The position numbers and the translations under genes were made by a program. Positions 45,623 to 56,099 of a stretch of DNA of 64,000 bases are shown here, in pieces (the stretch's first letter is position 1; every line of letters begins with the position of its first letter). The stretch lies in NCBI GenBank assembly GCA_964639785.1, contig CAZXEE010000002.1:79273-143272 (forward strand), given 5' to 3'. The DNA comes from an uncultured Gammaproteobacteria bacterium. GTDB lineage: Bacteria; Patescibacteriota; Patescibacteriia; Patescibacteriales; UBA12465. The notes under the pieces were generated by a model that was given only the letters and a program-made list of their open reading frames with translations, did no database searches and was not told the DNA's origin.

Positions 45623-46708
45623 ATGGATAAGAAAGCAAACAAGAAAAAAAGAGTCTTGGTGGCGATGTCCGGCGGAGTCGATTCTTCGGTGGCGGCCAAG
45701 ATGTTGCTAGACCAGGGCTATTCTGTGACCGGAGTCTTTTTGCATTTTTGGAAGGAGGGCGGTGCAACTATGGCGGAAAATAAATGCTGTTCTATGGAAG
45801 CTTTGAATGATGCCCGGAGGGTGGCCAAAGAAATCGGTATCGAATTATATACCCTTGATTTTAGGTCGGCTTTCAAGCTGGCTGTCGTGGACAATTTCTT
45901 GTCAGAGTATCAGAAAGGACGGACCCCCAATCCTTGCGTCTTGTGTAACAAGAAGGTAAAGATCGGGCGTTTGTTGAAATCAGCTTTGGCTATGAAGTTT
46001 GATTATGTAGCCTCGGGACATTACTTGAAGATCAAGAAGGTTGGCAATAAATACCGTCTTTATCGCGCTGTGGATAAGAACAAAGATCAGTCCTATTTCC
46101 TCTACACTTTTGATCAGAAAGAATTATCTCATCTGTTATTCCCGTTAGCTAATTATAAAAAACCCCGGGTCAGGGAATTGGCCAAGAAGTGGAATCTGCC
46201 AGTTGCAGAAAAGAGTGAAAGCCAGGAAATCTGTTTTATACCGGGCAAACATCATAATGATTTCTTAAAAAAATATATTTCGCTTCATCCTGGCGATATC
46301 AAGCTGATGGATGGAACCGTTCTGGGTAAACATCAAGGGTTATCGCTTTATACTATCGGCCAGAGACGCGGGATCGAGATTGGTGGTACCGGCCCTTATT
46401 ATGCCGCTAAGTTCGATTGGAAGAATAATATCTTATATGTCGTCAAGGATTTTGATGATCCGATTTTTTATAAAGATAATTTGTCAGCTAAGAAGGTGAA
46501 TTGGATTAGCGGTCGGGAACCGAAACTCCCTTTCGCTTGTTCGGCTGTTATCAGGTATCGGCATCCGGCAGTGAAGTGCACAATCGTGTCTAAGAATTCT
46601 CGAGGCTACAAAGTGGTGTTTAATAAGCCTCAGAGAGCTATTACCCCCGGACAAAGTATCGTGTTTTACCAGGGCCAAGAAGTTTTAGGTGGGGGAATTA
46701 TTGACTAA
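45623..46708 (+). CDS. mnmA: tRNA 2-thiouridine(34) synthase MnmA
   Basis: PP-loop VLVAMSGGVDSSVAA, catalytic NPCVLCN, and DQSYFLY. I prefer the start at 45623 over the ORF-track start at 45563. Confidence 0.95.
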   Translation: MDKKANKKKRVLVAMSGGVDSSVAAKMLLDQGYSVTGVFLHFWKEGGATMAENKCCSMEALNDARRVAKEIGIELYTLDFRSAFKLAVVDNFLSEYQKGRTPNPCVLCNKKVKIGRLLKSALAMKFDYVASGHYLKIKKVGNKYRLYRAVDKNKDQSYFLYTFDQKELSHLLFPLANYKKPRVRELAKKWNLPVAEKSESQEICFIPGKHHNDFLKKYISLHPGDIKLMDGTVLGKHQGLSLYTIGQRRGIEIGGTGPYYAAKFDWKNNILYVVKDFDDPIFYKDNLSAKKVNWISGREPKLPFACSAVIRYRHPAVKCTIVSKNSRGYKVVFNKPQRAITPGQSIVFYQGQEVLGGGIID

Positions 46709-46764
46709 ATAATGAATTTGTGGTATTATTATTTTAATAAATATATAAATATAACAATAAAAGT

Positions 46765-47361
46765 ATGGGTTTCAATGAGGGCAAATTAAAGCCAAGCGAG
46801 GGTGAAATGTTTGGCAATCCTTATGGCGAGAACGATTATAACGTTCCAGGACATGAGGATGAATATTTGAATAAGAATGATTATAGCGGTAAAACTTTCA
46901 GCACGAAAAAATTTGAGACAGCTGAGGACGTCGTCGATGAAGGGGCTGAGAGTGGTATTTATAAGCAGTTCGAGGGTGAGGATCTGAGTCCGGAAGAATC
47001 AGCTGACCGCGAAGCTCAGCTTAAGGACCTTTATGACGATGAGACTGAGTTCATGCGCAAAGCTATCAACAAGTTGGATGCGGTCGAATTTAATACCTTG
47101 TTTAGCTTCTTGAAGTCTATCGATGAGAATGGTGAGCGTCAGTACTATATTGGCAGCCGAGATGATAAAGGAGATTTCATTAGTCCCATAAAATCATTTC
47201 CTAGGGATATTTGTGATCTGATCAAGAAAGTAAATGGCCAGGAAGCCATGATTCATTCTTTGGAACATGTTTATGATGAAGATGGCGAGTATCTCGGTTC
47301 CAACCAAGAATCAGTCAAAGCCAGCTCGATTAAGTTCAAAGCGCCTAAGCCGGAAAAATAG
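46765..47361 (+). CDS. Hypothetical acidic protein (198 aa)
   Basis: ORF only. A terminator follows. Confidence 0.45.
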   Translation: MGFNEGKLKPSEGEMFGNPYGENDYNVPGHEDEYLNKNDYSGKTFSTKKFETAEDVVDEGAESGIYKQFEGEDLSPEESADREAQLKDLYDDETEFMRKAINKLDAVEFNTLFSFLKSIDENGERQYYIGSRDDKGDFISPIKSFPRDICDLIKKVNGQEAMIHSLEHVYDEDGEYLGSNQESVKASSIKFKAPKPEK

Positions 47362-47382
47362 ATAAAGAAATTGTTTAGATAT

Positions 47383-47415
47383 AAAAAAAGAACTCTTAGT
47401 TAGAGTTCTTTTTTG
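47383..47415. terminator. Bidirectional rho-independent terminator
   Basis: aagaactct (47388-47396) / agagttctt (47402-47410), with an A run upstream and a T run downstream. It lies between the + CDS and the convergent tRNA-Leu. Confidence 0.8.
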
Positions 47416-47419
47416 TTTG

Positions 47420-47503
47420 TGCCGCGGGAGGGAATCGAACCCTCATGGCATCGCTACCACACGAGTTTGAGTCGTGCGCGTCTACCAATTCCGCCACCGC
47501 GGC
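47420..47503 (-). tRNA. tRNA-Leu (anticodon CAA)
   Basis: Reverse complement GCCGCGGTGGCGGAATTGGTAGACGCGCACGACTCAAACTCGTG...GAGGGTTCGATTCCCTCCCGCGGCA. Anticodon stem CACGA/TCGTG with loop CTCAAAC, long variable arm, discriminator A. Confidence 0.93.
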
Positions 47504-47542
47504 TCTTGTATCACGCTTCTTATCATAGCAAAAAAAATATAA

Positions 47543-47571
47543 TTGTCAAAGGGGAATAAATAGGTTATAAT
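47543..47571 (+). promoter_or_regulatory. Predicted parAB promoter TTGTCA, 17-nt spacer, TATAAT
   Basis: ttgtca at 47543-47548 and tataat at 47566-47571. Confidence 0.55.
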
Positions 47572-47597
47572 ATTTTTGCTAAATAGATTATAAAAAT

Positions 47598-48362
47598 ATG
47601 GGTAAAATCATCTCGGTCGTCAACCAGAAAGGTGGGGTGGGAAAAACTACTACCGCTATCAATTTAGGTGCTTATTTGGCTAATCTTGGCCAACAAGTGC
47701 TATTAGTTGATGTTGATCCACAGGCCAATGCTACTTCTGGCCTAGGAATTGAGCACCGCAAGCTGGATAAGGGTATTTATGATGCTTTGATCGGCCAGAA
47801 AACCATCTCGGAAATCACTAAAAGGACCTTGCAGAATAATTATTATCTGGCTCCGGCCACTTTATCTTTGGCGGGAGCGGCAGTGGAATTGATTAATATG
47901 GAAGACCGGGAATTCCGGTTAATGCGCCTATTGCAGAGCGTCAAGGATGATTATGATTTTATTATCATCGATGGTCCGCCATCTTTGGGCCTTTTGACAA
48001 TCAATAGTATGGTAGCGGCTGACGAGATCCTGATACCGGTCCAGAGCGAGTATTATGCCTTGGAAGGTTTAAGCCAATTATTGGAAACTATCTTCTTGAT
48101 TCAGAATAACCTGAAGCCTTCTTTGGGAATCATGGGAGCGGTGATTACTATGTTTGATCGCCGTAACCGTCTGTCGGAATTGGTTAAAGGGGAATTGCAT
48201 CAGTATTTTCCGAATCGGGTTTTTGAATCGGTTATTCCACGCAGCGTCCGCTTAGCCGAAGCTCCGAGTTATGGCCGAACCATATTGCAGTATGATCCTA
48301 AATCGAGCGGTGCCAAGGCCTATGAAGACTTAGCTAAAGAAATTATCGCTTTGAAAAAATAA
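47598..48362 (+). CDS. parA: Chromosome partitioning ATPase ParA/Soj
   Basis: Deviant Walker A NQKGGVGKTTT. DYDFIIIDGPPSLG. 254 aa. Confidence 0.95.
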   Translation: MGKIISVVNQKGGVGKTTTAINLGAYLANLGQQVLLVDVDPQANATSGLGIEHRKLDKGIYDALIGQKTISEITKRTLQNNYYLAPATLSLAGAAVELINMEDREFRLMRLLQSVKDDYDFIIIDGPPSLGLLTINSMVAADEILIPVQSEYYALEGLSQLLETIFLIQNNLKPSLGIMGAVITMFDRRNRLSELVKGELHQYFPNRVFESVIPRSVRLAEAPSYGRTILQYDPKSSGAKAYEDLAKEIIALKK

Positions 48363-48380
48363 TTATTAATACCTAAAAAT

Positions 48381-49247
48381 ATGCCTCAAGGACTGGGTCG
48401 CGGACTATCTTCGCTCATCCCTAAAAAAATCAATAATACTTACGCTGACTTTGATGTTAAAGATGATAATCTGGAAATTTCTGATCGGAGCCGGATAGTA
48501 TATATCGATCCTTCCAAGATCGTGGCTAATCCGTATCAGCCTCGCCAGGATTTTTCCGGCAATGCTTTGGATGATCTGGTGAAATCCATCAAAGAGCATG
48601 GCATTATCCAGCCGTTGGTAGTCACCAAGAGTGACGGCGGATATGAATTGATTGCTGGTGAAAGGCGCTTGCGCAGTGCCAAGGTCTTGGGCTTAAAGGA
48701 AGTCCCGGTTATTATCCGTGAGGCTAATCGTCAAAAAAAATTAGAACTGGCTTTGATTGAGAACTTGCAGAGAGAGAACTTGAATCCGGTGGAAACTGCT
48801 ATCGCTTATAACCAGTTGATTAATGAATTCAATCTGACTCAGGAAGATGCGGCTGTCAGGGTAGGAAAATCACGTTCGACCGTGGCCAATGCTTTAAGAC
48901 TACTGCAATTACCGGCCGAAGTCCAGTTAGCCTTGATTGAGAAGAAGATTACCGAAGCCCATGCCAAATACTTGTTAGGCTTGGAATCTCCGGCTAAGCA
49001 ATTGTCAGTTTTCAAGAAGATCTTGCACCAGGGATTGTCAGTGCGGGACACCGATCAATTGATTAAGAATATCGGCGGCACTAAAGGCGCTGTGGTGAAG
49101 TCCGATTATCGCGATCGTTCCCGGTCTGAGAAGCTATCCCATTTCTTCGGGGCCAAGGTGGAAATCAAACGCCAGAAGCATGGCGGTCAGATCGTTATCA
49201 GTTTTGCCGGCGATGAGGATTTGGATGAGATTATCAGAAAGATATAA
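48381..49247 (+). CDS. parB: Chromosome partitioning protein ParB/Spo0J
   Basis: IQPLVV...YELIAGERRLRSAKVLG box, followed by an HTH (QEDAAVRVGKSRSTVANALRLL). Confidence 0.95.
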   Translation: MPQGLGRGLSSLIPKKINNTYADFDVKDDNLEISDRSRIVYIDPSKIVANPYQPRQDFSGNALDDLVKSIKEHGIIQPLVVTKSDGGYELIAGERRLRSAKVLGLKEVPVIIREANRQKKLELALIENLQRENLNPVETAIAYNQLINEFNLTQEDAAVRVGKSRSTVANALRLLQLPAEVQLALIEKKITEAHAKYLLGLESPAKQLSVFKKILHQGLSVRDTDQLIKNIGGTKGAVVKSDYRDRSRSEKLSHFFGAKVEIKRQKHGGQIVISFAGDEDLDEIIRKI

Positions 49248-49327
49248 GAAATTTTTTTTACAATATTGTTGGCTAAAAAAGTCTGTAAATTTAATTTATA
49301 GACTTGTTTAGCTTATTAGACCAATCT

Positions 49328-52300
49328 ATGTCATTCGTGCATCTGCACAATCATACCCACTATTCGCTCCTCGATGGTTTGACCAAACCGGAGCAATTGG
49401 TGGCGCGAGCCAAAGAACAAGGCTCTCCGGCCGTGGCCATTACTGACCATGGTGTTATGTATGGCGTGATTGAGTTCTATCAGAAATGCCAGAAGGCCGG
49501 CATCAAGCCGATTATCGGAGTGGAAGCTTATCTGGCTCCTAATTCCCGGCATGACAAGAATACCAGAGAGGATGCCCGCAACTTCCATCTGTTGCTATTG
49601 GCTAAGAATAATGAGGGCTACAAGAATCTGATCAAGCTGACTTCTATCGCCCATCTCGAAGGCTTCTATTACAAGCCTCGGATCGACTGGGAGCTTCTGC
49701 AACAATATCATGAAGGATTGATTGCTTGCACAGCTTGTTTGGGTGGAGAGATTCCACGTTTGATTTCGGCTGGAAAATTGGACAAGGCGCGGGAGAGAAT
49801 CATGGAATACCAGAATCTTTTTGGAGAGGGTAATTTTTATTTGGAAATCCAAGACCATCCGGAATTGGAAGGACAGGATCAGATCAACAAGCAGTTGATC
49901 GCTTTTTCCAAAGAGCTTGGCATTCCATTGGTAGCGACTAACGATTCGCATTATTTATACAAGGAGCATGAAGAAGCGCAAGACATCCTTTTGTGCTTGC
50001 AGAACAAGAAGAAGCTGGAGGATACTGACCGCATGAAGATGATGGGGCATGGAGATTATTCTGTCCGGAGCAATGAAGAAATGATTGCCGCTTTCAAGGA
50101 TACTCCGGAAGCGATTGCCAATACCTTGAAGATTGCCGATATGTGCAATGTCGAAATCGAATTGGGCAATACCCAATTGCCTTATTTTGAGGTTCCGGAA
50201 GGCCATGATGGTAACTCCTATCTGCGCGAGTTATGCGAGAAAGGCTTGAAAAAACGCTATGGTTTGGTTGGGGACAAGGTAGTTGTCGAGGGTTATCCCG
50301 AATTATCATTGGATGAAGTTGAAAAGATCAAATCCCGGATGGACTATGAATTGGAAGTGATTACCAAGATGGGTTGGCCTTCATATTTTTTGATTGTGGC
50401 TGACTTCGTCAATTGGGCTAAGGATAACAAGATCGTGGTCGGTCCTGGCCGTGGTAGCGCTGCCGGATCATTGGTTTGTTATCTGATTGGGATCACCAAT
50501 CTTGACCCTCTCAAGTATGATTTGTTATTCGAGCGTTTCTTGAATCCGGAACGTATCTCAATGCCTGATATTGATTTGGATTTTGCTGATATCCGCCGAG
50601 GGGAAGTGATTGAATATGTAGAAGGGAAATATGGGCAGGATCATGTTTCCCAGATTATTACCTTCGGAACCATGGCGGCCAGAGCGGCTGTCCGTGATGT
50701 CGGTCGGGTGCTCAATGAACCGTATGATTATTGTGACCGGATATCCAAGATGATCCCGATGTTTTATAAGTTGGACCAGGCTTTGAGTGAAGTTTCTGAA
50801 TTGAAAGAAATCTATCAGAACGAACCGGCGGCTAAGCGGATTCTGGATTATGCCAAGACCTTAGAAGGCGTGGCTCGGCATTCCTCGGTGCATGCTTGCG
50901 GCGTACTGATTACTAAGAATCCTTTGACTGACTATACTCCGATCCAATATGTTTCTTCTTCTGATAAGGAAGTCGTTTGCCAATACTCGCTTCATCCGAT
51001 TGAGGATCTGGGATTATTGAAAGTTGATTTCTTGGGTCTTAAGAACTTGACGATCATTGAATCCGCTTTGCGGATTATCAAGAATACCAGGGGAGTGGAG
51101 ATAGATATCGACAAGATCCCATTGGATGATCCAGATACTTATAGTTTATTTCAGCATGGTGAAACCACCGGCGTCTTCCAGTTTGAAAGTTCCGGCATGA
51201 AGCGCTATCTGCGCGAATTGAAACCGAATGAATTCGAAGATATTATCGCTATGGTGGCTTTGTACCGACCGGGCCCGATGGAGTGGATTCCGGAATATAT
51301 TTCCGGCAAGCATCAGACTAAGAAGATCGCTTATCTGCATCCGAAATTGGAGTCGATCTTACAGAAGACTTATGGCGTCGCGATTTACCAGGAACAGGTC
51401 ATGCAGATTTCCCGTGAATTGGCCGGTTTCAGTAAAGGTGAGGCTGACACTTTGAGAAAAGCGATGGGTAAGAAGATTCCTACTTTGTTGGCTGAGCAGA
51501 AAGAGAAATTCATCGCCGGTTGCGTTAATAATGGGATTGAAAAAGAGTTAGCCGAGAAAGTCTTTTCATTTATCGAGCCTTTTGCCGGTTACGGCTTCAA
51601 TCGGAGCCATGCCGCTTGCTATGCCTTAATCGGATACCAGACGGCTTATCTGAAAGCTCATTATCCGGCTGAATTCATGGCTGCCTTGCTGACAGCCGAC
51701 CAGAATGATATTGATCGGATCGCTATCGAGATTGATGAATGTCGCAAGATGGGTCTCAAGATCATGCCTCCGGATGTCAATGAATCATTCGTTACTTTTA
51801 CGGTGGTGACTAGCGGTACGACGGAAAACAAAGCTGTCTCAGAGAATGAAAAAACTGACACCATCCGTTTCGGTTTGGGAGCTGTGAAGAATGTCGGTGG
51901 CCATATCTGTGATGTGATCATCGAAGAGCGAAAAGCCAATGGCCCCTATACTAATATTTTTAATTTTTTGGAAAGAATCGGCGACCGCGACCTCAACAAG
52001 AAGTCGATGGAAAGCTTGATCAAAGCTGGCGGTCTGGATTCTTATGGCGAGAGAGGGGAATTATTGGCCAACTTGGAGATGATGCTTAATTTCAACAAGG
52101 AGAATGTCAAAATGAAGAGTAGTCGGCAGGTCAGCTTATTCTTCGATACGCCGAATCTTTATGAAGCTAGCTATCCCAAGCTGGTTCCGGCTCCAGCTGC
52201 TCTGGAAAAGGATTTTCTTCGTTGGGAGAAAGAGCTTCTTGGCCTTTATATTACCGAGCATCCTTTGAATCATTACGTCCAATATTTTTCCGGTTTCATC

Positions 52301-52951
52301 ATTCCTCTTATCGAGTTGAAAGGGCATGAGCAGGATTTTGGCGTTAATACCGCCGGGGTAATATCAGTCGTCAAGAAGATTATTACCCGTAGTAACCAGA
52401 CCATGCTGTTCGTGAAGATCGAGGATGCTATCACTAATATCGAGTTATTGGTTTTTCCGAAGCTGTTGCAAGAAACAGCGGACATCTGGCAGGTTGGAAA
52501 GATAGTGCTATGCCGTGGAAAAGTCTCTGACAAAGATCAGGAGACCAAGTTATTGGTTGACAAGGTGATGGTTCTCGATGAGGATAATCCGGTCAAAAGC
52601 ATTGATGATTTCAAGCGGGTATTATTGGATAGCAAAGATGATATAAGGAATAGGTATCGTTATGCTAAAAAGCCTGTGGCTAAGCCGGAAATAGCAGAAG
52701 CTCCCGCCGCATCAACAGCAATTGCACCGGATTTACGGATTATATTCGTTCGGAATTTAGATAGCGGCGAATTAGACCGCTTGCGCAGCTTATTCTTAGC
52801 TCATCCGGGAGACAGTTCAGTCTATTTCAAGATCAAGAATGGAGAGAGCGATAATATCTTGAAGACCGGATTCAAGGTAAATTACAATCCGGAGCTGATT
52901 GAGGCTATTAAAACTGATTTTGCTGGAGCCCTCAATGTTGTTGAAAGTTAA
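49328..52951 (+). CDS. dnaE: DNA polymerase III alpha subunit
   Basis: PHP domain FVHLHNHTHYSLLDG, palm/fingers motifs (PDIDLDF, GLLKVDFLGLKNLT) and OB fold. I prefer the ATG at 49328 over the ORF-track TTG at 49304. Confidence 0.97.
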   Translation: MSFVHLHNHTHYSLLDGLTKPEQLVARAKEQGSPAVAITDHGVMYGVIEFYQKCQKAGIKPIIGVEAYLAPNSRHDKNTREDARNFHLLLLAKNNEGYKNLIKLTSIAHLEGFYYKPRIDWELLQQYHEGLIACTACLGGEIPRLISAGKLDKARERIMEYQNLFGEGNFYLEIQDHPELEGQDQINKQLIAFSKELGIPLVATNDSHYLYKEHEEAQDILLCLQNKKKLEDTDRMKMMGHGDYSVRSNEEMIAAFKDTPEAIANTLKIADMCNVEIELGNTQLPYFEVPEGHDGNSYLRELCEKGLKKRYGLVGDKVVVEGYPELSLDEVEKIKSRMDYELEVITKMGWPSYFLIVADFVNWAKDNKIVVGPGRGSAAGSLVCYLIGITNLDPLKYDLLFERFLNPERISMPDIDLDFADIRRGEVIEYVEGKYGQDHVSQIITFGTMAARAAVRDVGRVLNEPYDYCDRISKMIPMFYKLDQALSEVSELKEIYQNEPAAKRILDYAKTLEGVARHSSVHACGVLITKNPLTDYTPIQYVSSSDKEVVCQYSLHPIEDLGLLKVDFLGLKNLTIIESALRIIKNTRGVEIDIDKIPLDDPDTYSLFQHGETTGVFQFESSGMKRYLRELKPNEFEDIIAMVALYRPGPMEWIPEYISGKHQTKKIAYLHPKLESILQKTYGVAIYQEQVMQISRELAGFSKGEADTLRKAMGKKIPTLLAEQKEKFIAGCVNNGIEKELAEKVFSFIEPFAGYGFNRSHAACYALIGYQTAYLKAHYPAEFMAALLTADQNDIDRIAIEIDECRKMGLKIMPPDVNESFVTFTVVTSGTTENKAVSENEKTDTIRFGLGAVKNVGGHICDVIIEERKANGPYTNIFNFLERIGDRDLNKKSMESLIKAGGLDSYGERGELLANLEMMLNFNKENVKMKSSRQVSLFFDTPNLYEASYPKLVPAPAALEKDFLRWEKELLGLYITEHPLNHYVQYFSGFIIPLIELKGHEQDFGVNTAGVISVVKKIITRSNQTMLFVKIEDAITNIELLVFPKLLQETADIWQVGKIVLCRGKVSDKDQETKLLVDKVMVLDEDNPVKSIDDFKRVLLDSKDDIRNRYRYAKKPVAKPEIAEAPAASTAIAPDLRIIFVRNLDSGELDRLRSLFLAHPGDSSVYFKIKNGESDNILKTGFKVNYNPELIEAIKTDFAGALNVVES

Positions 52952-53017
52952 AAAAAATGTTATAATTCTAAATAATAAATTTCCTTTCTTAAATAAAAAT
53001 CATTTAAATTTAAAACT

Positions 53018-54541
53018 ATGACTTTGAGCAAGAAAAGCCATAAGCCGGCCGGAGTCCATAAGACTAGCCATAAGGCTCATGCTCGGCAGGCAAGCAGCGA
53101 AGCTGATGCCGCCAAAGAGCTTTTATCAATGGTAGAACAACCACACTTGGAAAAGATATCTCCGGTTGAATCCGTGGATGTCGAACCGGCTCCTGTAGCT
53201 GTTGAAAGCGCTCCTAGCATCACAGAAAGCGTTCCCGAGACTACCCAAAGCGCGCCTCAACCAGCTAGCGCTCCGCTTAATGATGCTTTTGATTCTCGCA
53301 AGCAATTTTTTCAGATGATGTCTGAGCAGGTCAATCAGGCCAAGAGTTCAATCGAACCTAGCACTGATGAGTTGGATAAATTGGCTGAAAGCGCAGATAG
53401 TAATGCGGCTGGGAATATGATTGTTAATCGCTCAGTCAATACTTATCGGAAATTAGCTTTCCGTTTTGTCGCTTTAGCTTGCGTCCTAGTCTTGGTAGTC
53501 TTGTATTTTGTAATGGTTAAGTTGACGGTAGTAGTTAGCCCGAGCAAACAGACAGTCAATGAGAGCTTGATAGTCGATGTTTATGGTGCTAATCAAGCGG
53601 CTGACAATGAACGTTCTGTAAAAGGCAATATTACCCGGATTGAAGTTGAAGAAAGCGGCATTTATTCCGCTAGCGGTGAAGAGGTTAAAGGTGAAGAGAT
53701 TTCCGGCAAGGTTAAGATAATCAATAACTACACCAAGAGCCAGGCTTTAGTGGCCACTACTCGCTTGTTAAGTGCTGATAATAAATTGTTCCGCCTTAAG
53801 AACGCTGTTACTGTGCCGGCCGGCGGTTCAGTTGAGGCTGATGTTTATCCTGACAAACCGGGAGCTGATATGGCCATCGCACCGACTAAATTCATCATTC
53901 CGGGATTATGGGCTGGTTTGCAGGATAAGATTTATGCTGAAAGCTCAGTTGCTTTCACTTATAACACCATTTCAGAAAAATATATCACCCAGGCTGATGT
54001 TGATAAGACTACTCAGGAATTGAATGATTTACTAGTCAAGAAGGTTAAGGATAAGGTAGGGGCCAAGAATGGTTATGACCAGGTAGTTTATCAGACTAGC
54101 TCGAGTACAGCCCAGATCGAATTAGTAGATGCTAAGGTGGGTGATAAGAAGGGCCAGTTTACAGTTAAGGCCAAGAATATCGTCAATGTCATTTCTTTCT
54201 CTAGTGAGGATGTCGTCAAGATTGCCCAGAAAAAATCAGCTTCAACCGCTTCCGGTGACAGCACTTTGACTGAAATTGATCGTTCTAACTTGCAATATCA
54301 GCTGGAAAGTTATAATGTTCAGGATAATATGGCTACTTTGAAAGTCGATTTTACTAGCCGGGTCGCTTCCGCTGATTCCGATTTTGTCGATAAGAGCAAG
54401 TTGGTTAATCTGAATCAACCTCAAATCGAGAATTATTTGAAAGGCATCAAGGAGATTGATAGTTTTGAACTTCATTTTTTCCCAAGCTTCCTGAAGCGTT
54501 CTCCAGCCTTGGTTGATCGGATCTATGTGGAAGTTAAGTAA
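53018..54541 (+). CDS. Hypothetical bitopic membrane protein (disordered Pro/Ala/Ser-rich N-terminus, one TM, ~340-aa extracytoplasmic domain)
   Basis: TM helix FVALACVLVLVVLYFVMV. I recognised no family. Confidence 0.5.
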   Translation: MTLSKKSHKPAGVHKTSHKAHARQASSEADAAKELLSMVEQPHLEKISPVESVDVEPAPVAVESAPSITESVPETTQSAPQPASAPLNDAFDSRKQFFQMMSEQVNQAKSSIEPSTDELDKLAESADSNAAGNMIVNRSVNTYRKLAFRFVALACVLVLVVLYFVMVKLTVVVSPSKQTVNESLIVDVYGANQAADNERSVKGNITRIEVEESGIYSASGEEVKGEEISGKVKIINNYTKSQALVATTRLLSADNKLFRLKNAVTVPAGGSVEADVYPDKPGADMAIAPTKFIIPGLWAGLQDKIYAESSVAFTYNTISEKYITQADVDKTTQELNDLLVKKVKDKVGAKNGYDQVVYQTSSSTAQIELVDAKVGDKKGQFTVKAKNIVNVISFSSEDVVKIAQKKSASTASGDSTLTEIDRSNLQYQLESYNVQDNMATLKVDFTSRVASADSDFVDKSKLVNLNQPQIENYLKGIKEIDSFELHFFPSFLKRSPALVDRIYVEVK

Positions 54542-54568
54542 GATAGATTGAAAAAATATTTTTCTTAG

Positions 54569-54603
54569 ATTAAGATTTAGTCCATTATGGGTTAAATCTT
54601 AAT
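54569..54603 (+). terminator. Perfect 11-bp inverted repeat (possible terminator, weak T-tract)
   Basis: attaagattta (54569-54579), 13-nt loop, taaatcttaat (54593-54603), followed by ttgtatt. Confidence 0.35.
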
Positions 54604-54618
54604 TTGTATTATAATCAT

Positions 54619-54969
54619 ATGAATAATTTCGAAAGACAACCTTATGATGAAAATCGGAAGAATTATGAGAAGAGCGTCAGCGAGTTCAGCAAATTCTTCT
54701 TGGACCATTCTAGCGATGGTCTGTGGATCGGGAAGAGCGAATTCGGAAGCGAGGGTGAGGAAGACAGGGTTAAGCGTTTGCAGGTCCGTTTAGAAGAATT
54801 AGTTGAAAAAGCCACTAAGCGCTTAGGTTATAAAGTGGATGAGGCTAAATTGATAAATGACGCTTATCGCCATATCCTGAACATGAAGAGCTCCGGTGAA
54901 TTGCCGGATAATAATATATTAGATAATTTCTGCGCTGAAATCGAAGAGCGCCTAGACCAAGCAGCCTAA
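54619..54969 (+). CDS. Hypothetical protein (116 aa from ATG 54619; the ORF-track start is TTG at 54604)
   Basis: ORF only. Ends 2 nt before rlmN. Confidence 0.45.
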   Translation: MNNFERQPYDENRKNYEKSVSEFSKFFLDHSSDGLWIGKSEFGSEGEEDRVKRLQVRLEELVEKATKRLGYKVDEAKLINDAYRHILNMKSSGELPDNNILDNFCAEIEERLDQAA

Positions 54970-54971
54970 CT

Positions 54972-55973
54972 ATGAATATCAATAATTTTTATGAAGTCCT
55001 TAAGGGTGAGCCGGCTTATCGCTTGAAACAAGCTCAGAAGTTGCTTTTCAGCGACCTGATAGACGATTGGAAAAAGGCTAGTAATCTGCCTTTGGCCTTG
55101 CGAGAAAAGCTTAATGCTGAATGCCCGATCAATATTCAGGCCAAGGTTCTGGCTGCTCGGGACAAGAAATCTTTCAAGGCTCTAATTACTTTGTCTGATG
55201 GGGCTAAGATCGAAACAGTCCTGATGCGCCATAAGGAAGGGAGGGAAACGGTTTGTGTTTCTTCCCAAGTCGGCTGTCCTTTAGGCTGTTCTTTTTGCGC
55301 TACCGGCGCCTCTGGCTTTACTCGCAATCTGACCAAGAATGAGATCGTTGAGCAAGTTATCTTCTGGGCTCGTTATCTGAAAGATAATTTTAAGTCGACT
55401 ATCAATAATGTGGTGTTCATGGGTATGGGTGAGCCTTTCTTGAACTATGACCAGGTAATGAGCGCTATCAGGATCTTGAACGAGGCTGACGGCCTGCATA
55501 TCGGCGCTCGCCACATCTCGATTTCTACCGCCGGATTAGTTGATGGCATCAAGCGCTTGGCCAAGGAAAAGTTACAGGTTAATCTGGCTATTTCTTTGCA
55601 TAGTGCTCATGAGAAGATCAGGTCCGACCTGATGCCGATCAGCCAAAAGTATCCTATTAACCAATTATTGCGGGCAGTCGATTATTATATCGACAAGACT
55701 AACCGCCAGGTAATGTTCGAATACATGCTGATCAAGAATGTCAACGATAGCGATGAATCCGCTGAGCGTTTAGCCGCTATCATGGCTAAGCCGCTTTATG
55801 TAGTCAATCTGATAAACTATAATGAAACTTCAGTCTTCCATCCGGTGGATGAGAAGACCTTCAAGAATTTTGAGAATATCTTGAAGAAGAGGAAGATAAA
55901 GGTGACCAGCCGTTATCGCTTCGGTTCGGATATCGCTGCGGCTTGCGGACAGTTAGCGGCCAGGAAGAAGTAG
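54972..55973 (+). CDS. rlmN: 23S rRNA / tRNA adenine-C2 methyltransferase RlmN (radical SAM)
   Basis: CVSSQVGCPLGCSFCATG radical-SAM cluster motif. C-terminal catalytic Cys in DIAAACGQL. 333 aa. Confidence 0.93.
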   Translation: MNINNFYEVLKGEPAYRLKQAQKLLFSDLIDDWKKASNLPLALREKLNAECPINIQAKVLAARDKKSFKALITLSDGAKIETVLMRHKEGRETVCVSSQVGCPLGCSFCATGASGFTRNLTKNEIVEQVIFWARYLKDNFKSTINNVVFMGMGEPFLNYDQVMSAIRILNEADGLHIGARHISISTAGLVDGIKRLAKEKLQVNLAISLHSAHEKIRSDLMPISQKYPINQLLRAVDYYIDKTNRQVMFEYMLIKNVNDSDESAERLAAIMAKPLYVVNLINYNETSVFHPVDEKTFKNFENILKKRKIKVTSRYRFGSDIAAACGQLAARKK

Positions 55974-56099
55974 TTTCATCTTGACTTCTATGAAAAGTTG
56001 TGGTTTATTATTCTTATTATGAAAGAAATAAGCACTATTTTAGTAATCGGCGTCTGCTATCTAGTAATCAAGCATTTATTGGCTGGTATTGCTTTTTAG

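Noticed and set aside
47598-49303. Search for a parS site (TGTTNCACGTGAAACA-like) in and around parAB, and the hairpin at 49279-49303.
   Set aside because: I found no 16-bp palindrome of that type by eye. The 49279-49303 inverted repeat (agtctgtaaat/atttatagact) does not resemble parS and has no U-tract. A computational scan would be needed to be sure.
7584-49327. ORF-track upstream starts for gatA (7584), secA (27162), Nudix (29812), DUF1653 (30299), mnmA (45563) and dnaE (49304).
   Set aside because: Each extension overlaps the preceding gene or adds non-homologous residues. Downstream ATGs (7623, 27171, 29896, 30356, 45623, 49328) give N-termini that match the family consensus.
56019-56099. 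26-aa ORF (MKEISTILVIGVCYLVIKHLLAGIAF) between rlmN and the T-box.
   Set aside because: It lies inside the probable thrS leader transcript and has no SD. It may be part of the riboswitch 5' structure. There is not enough evidence to call it a gene.
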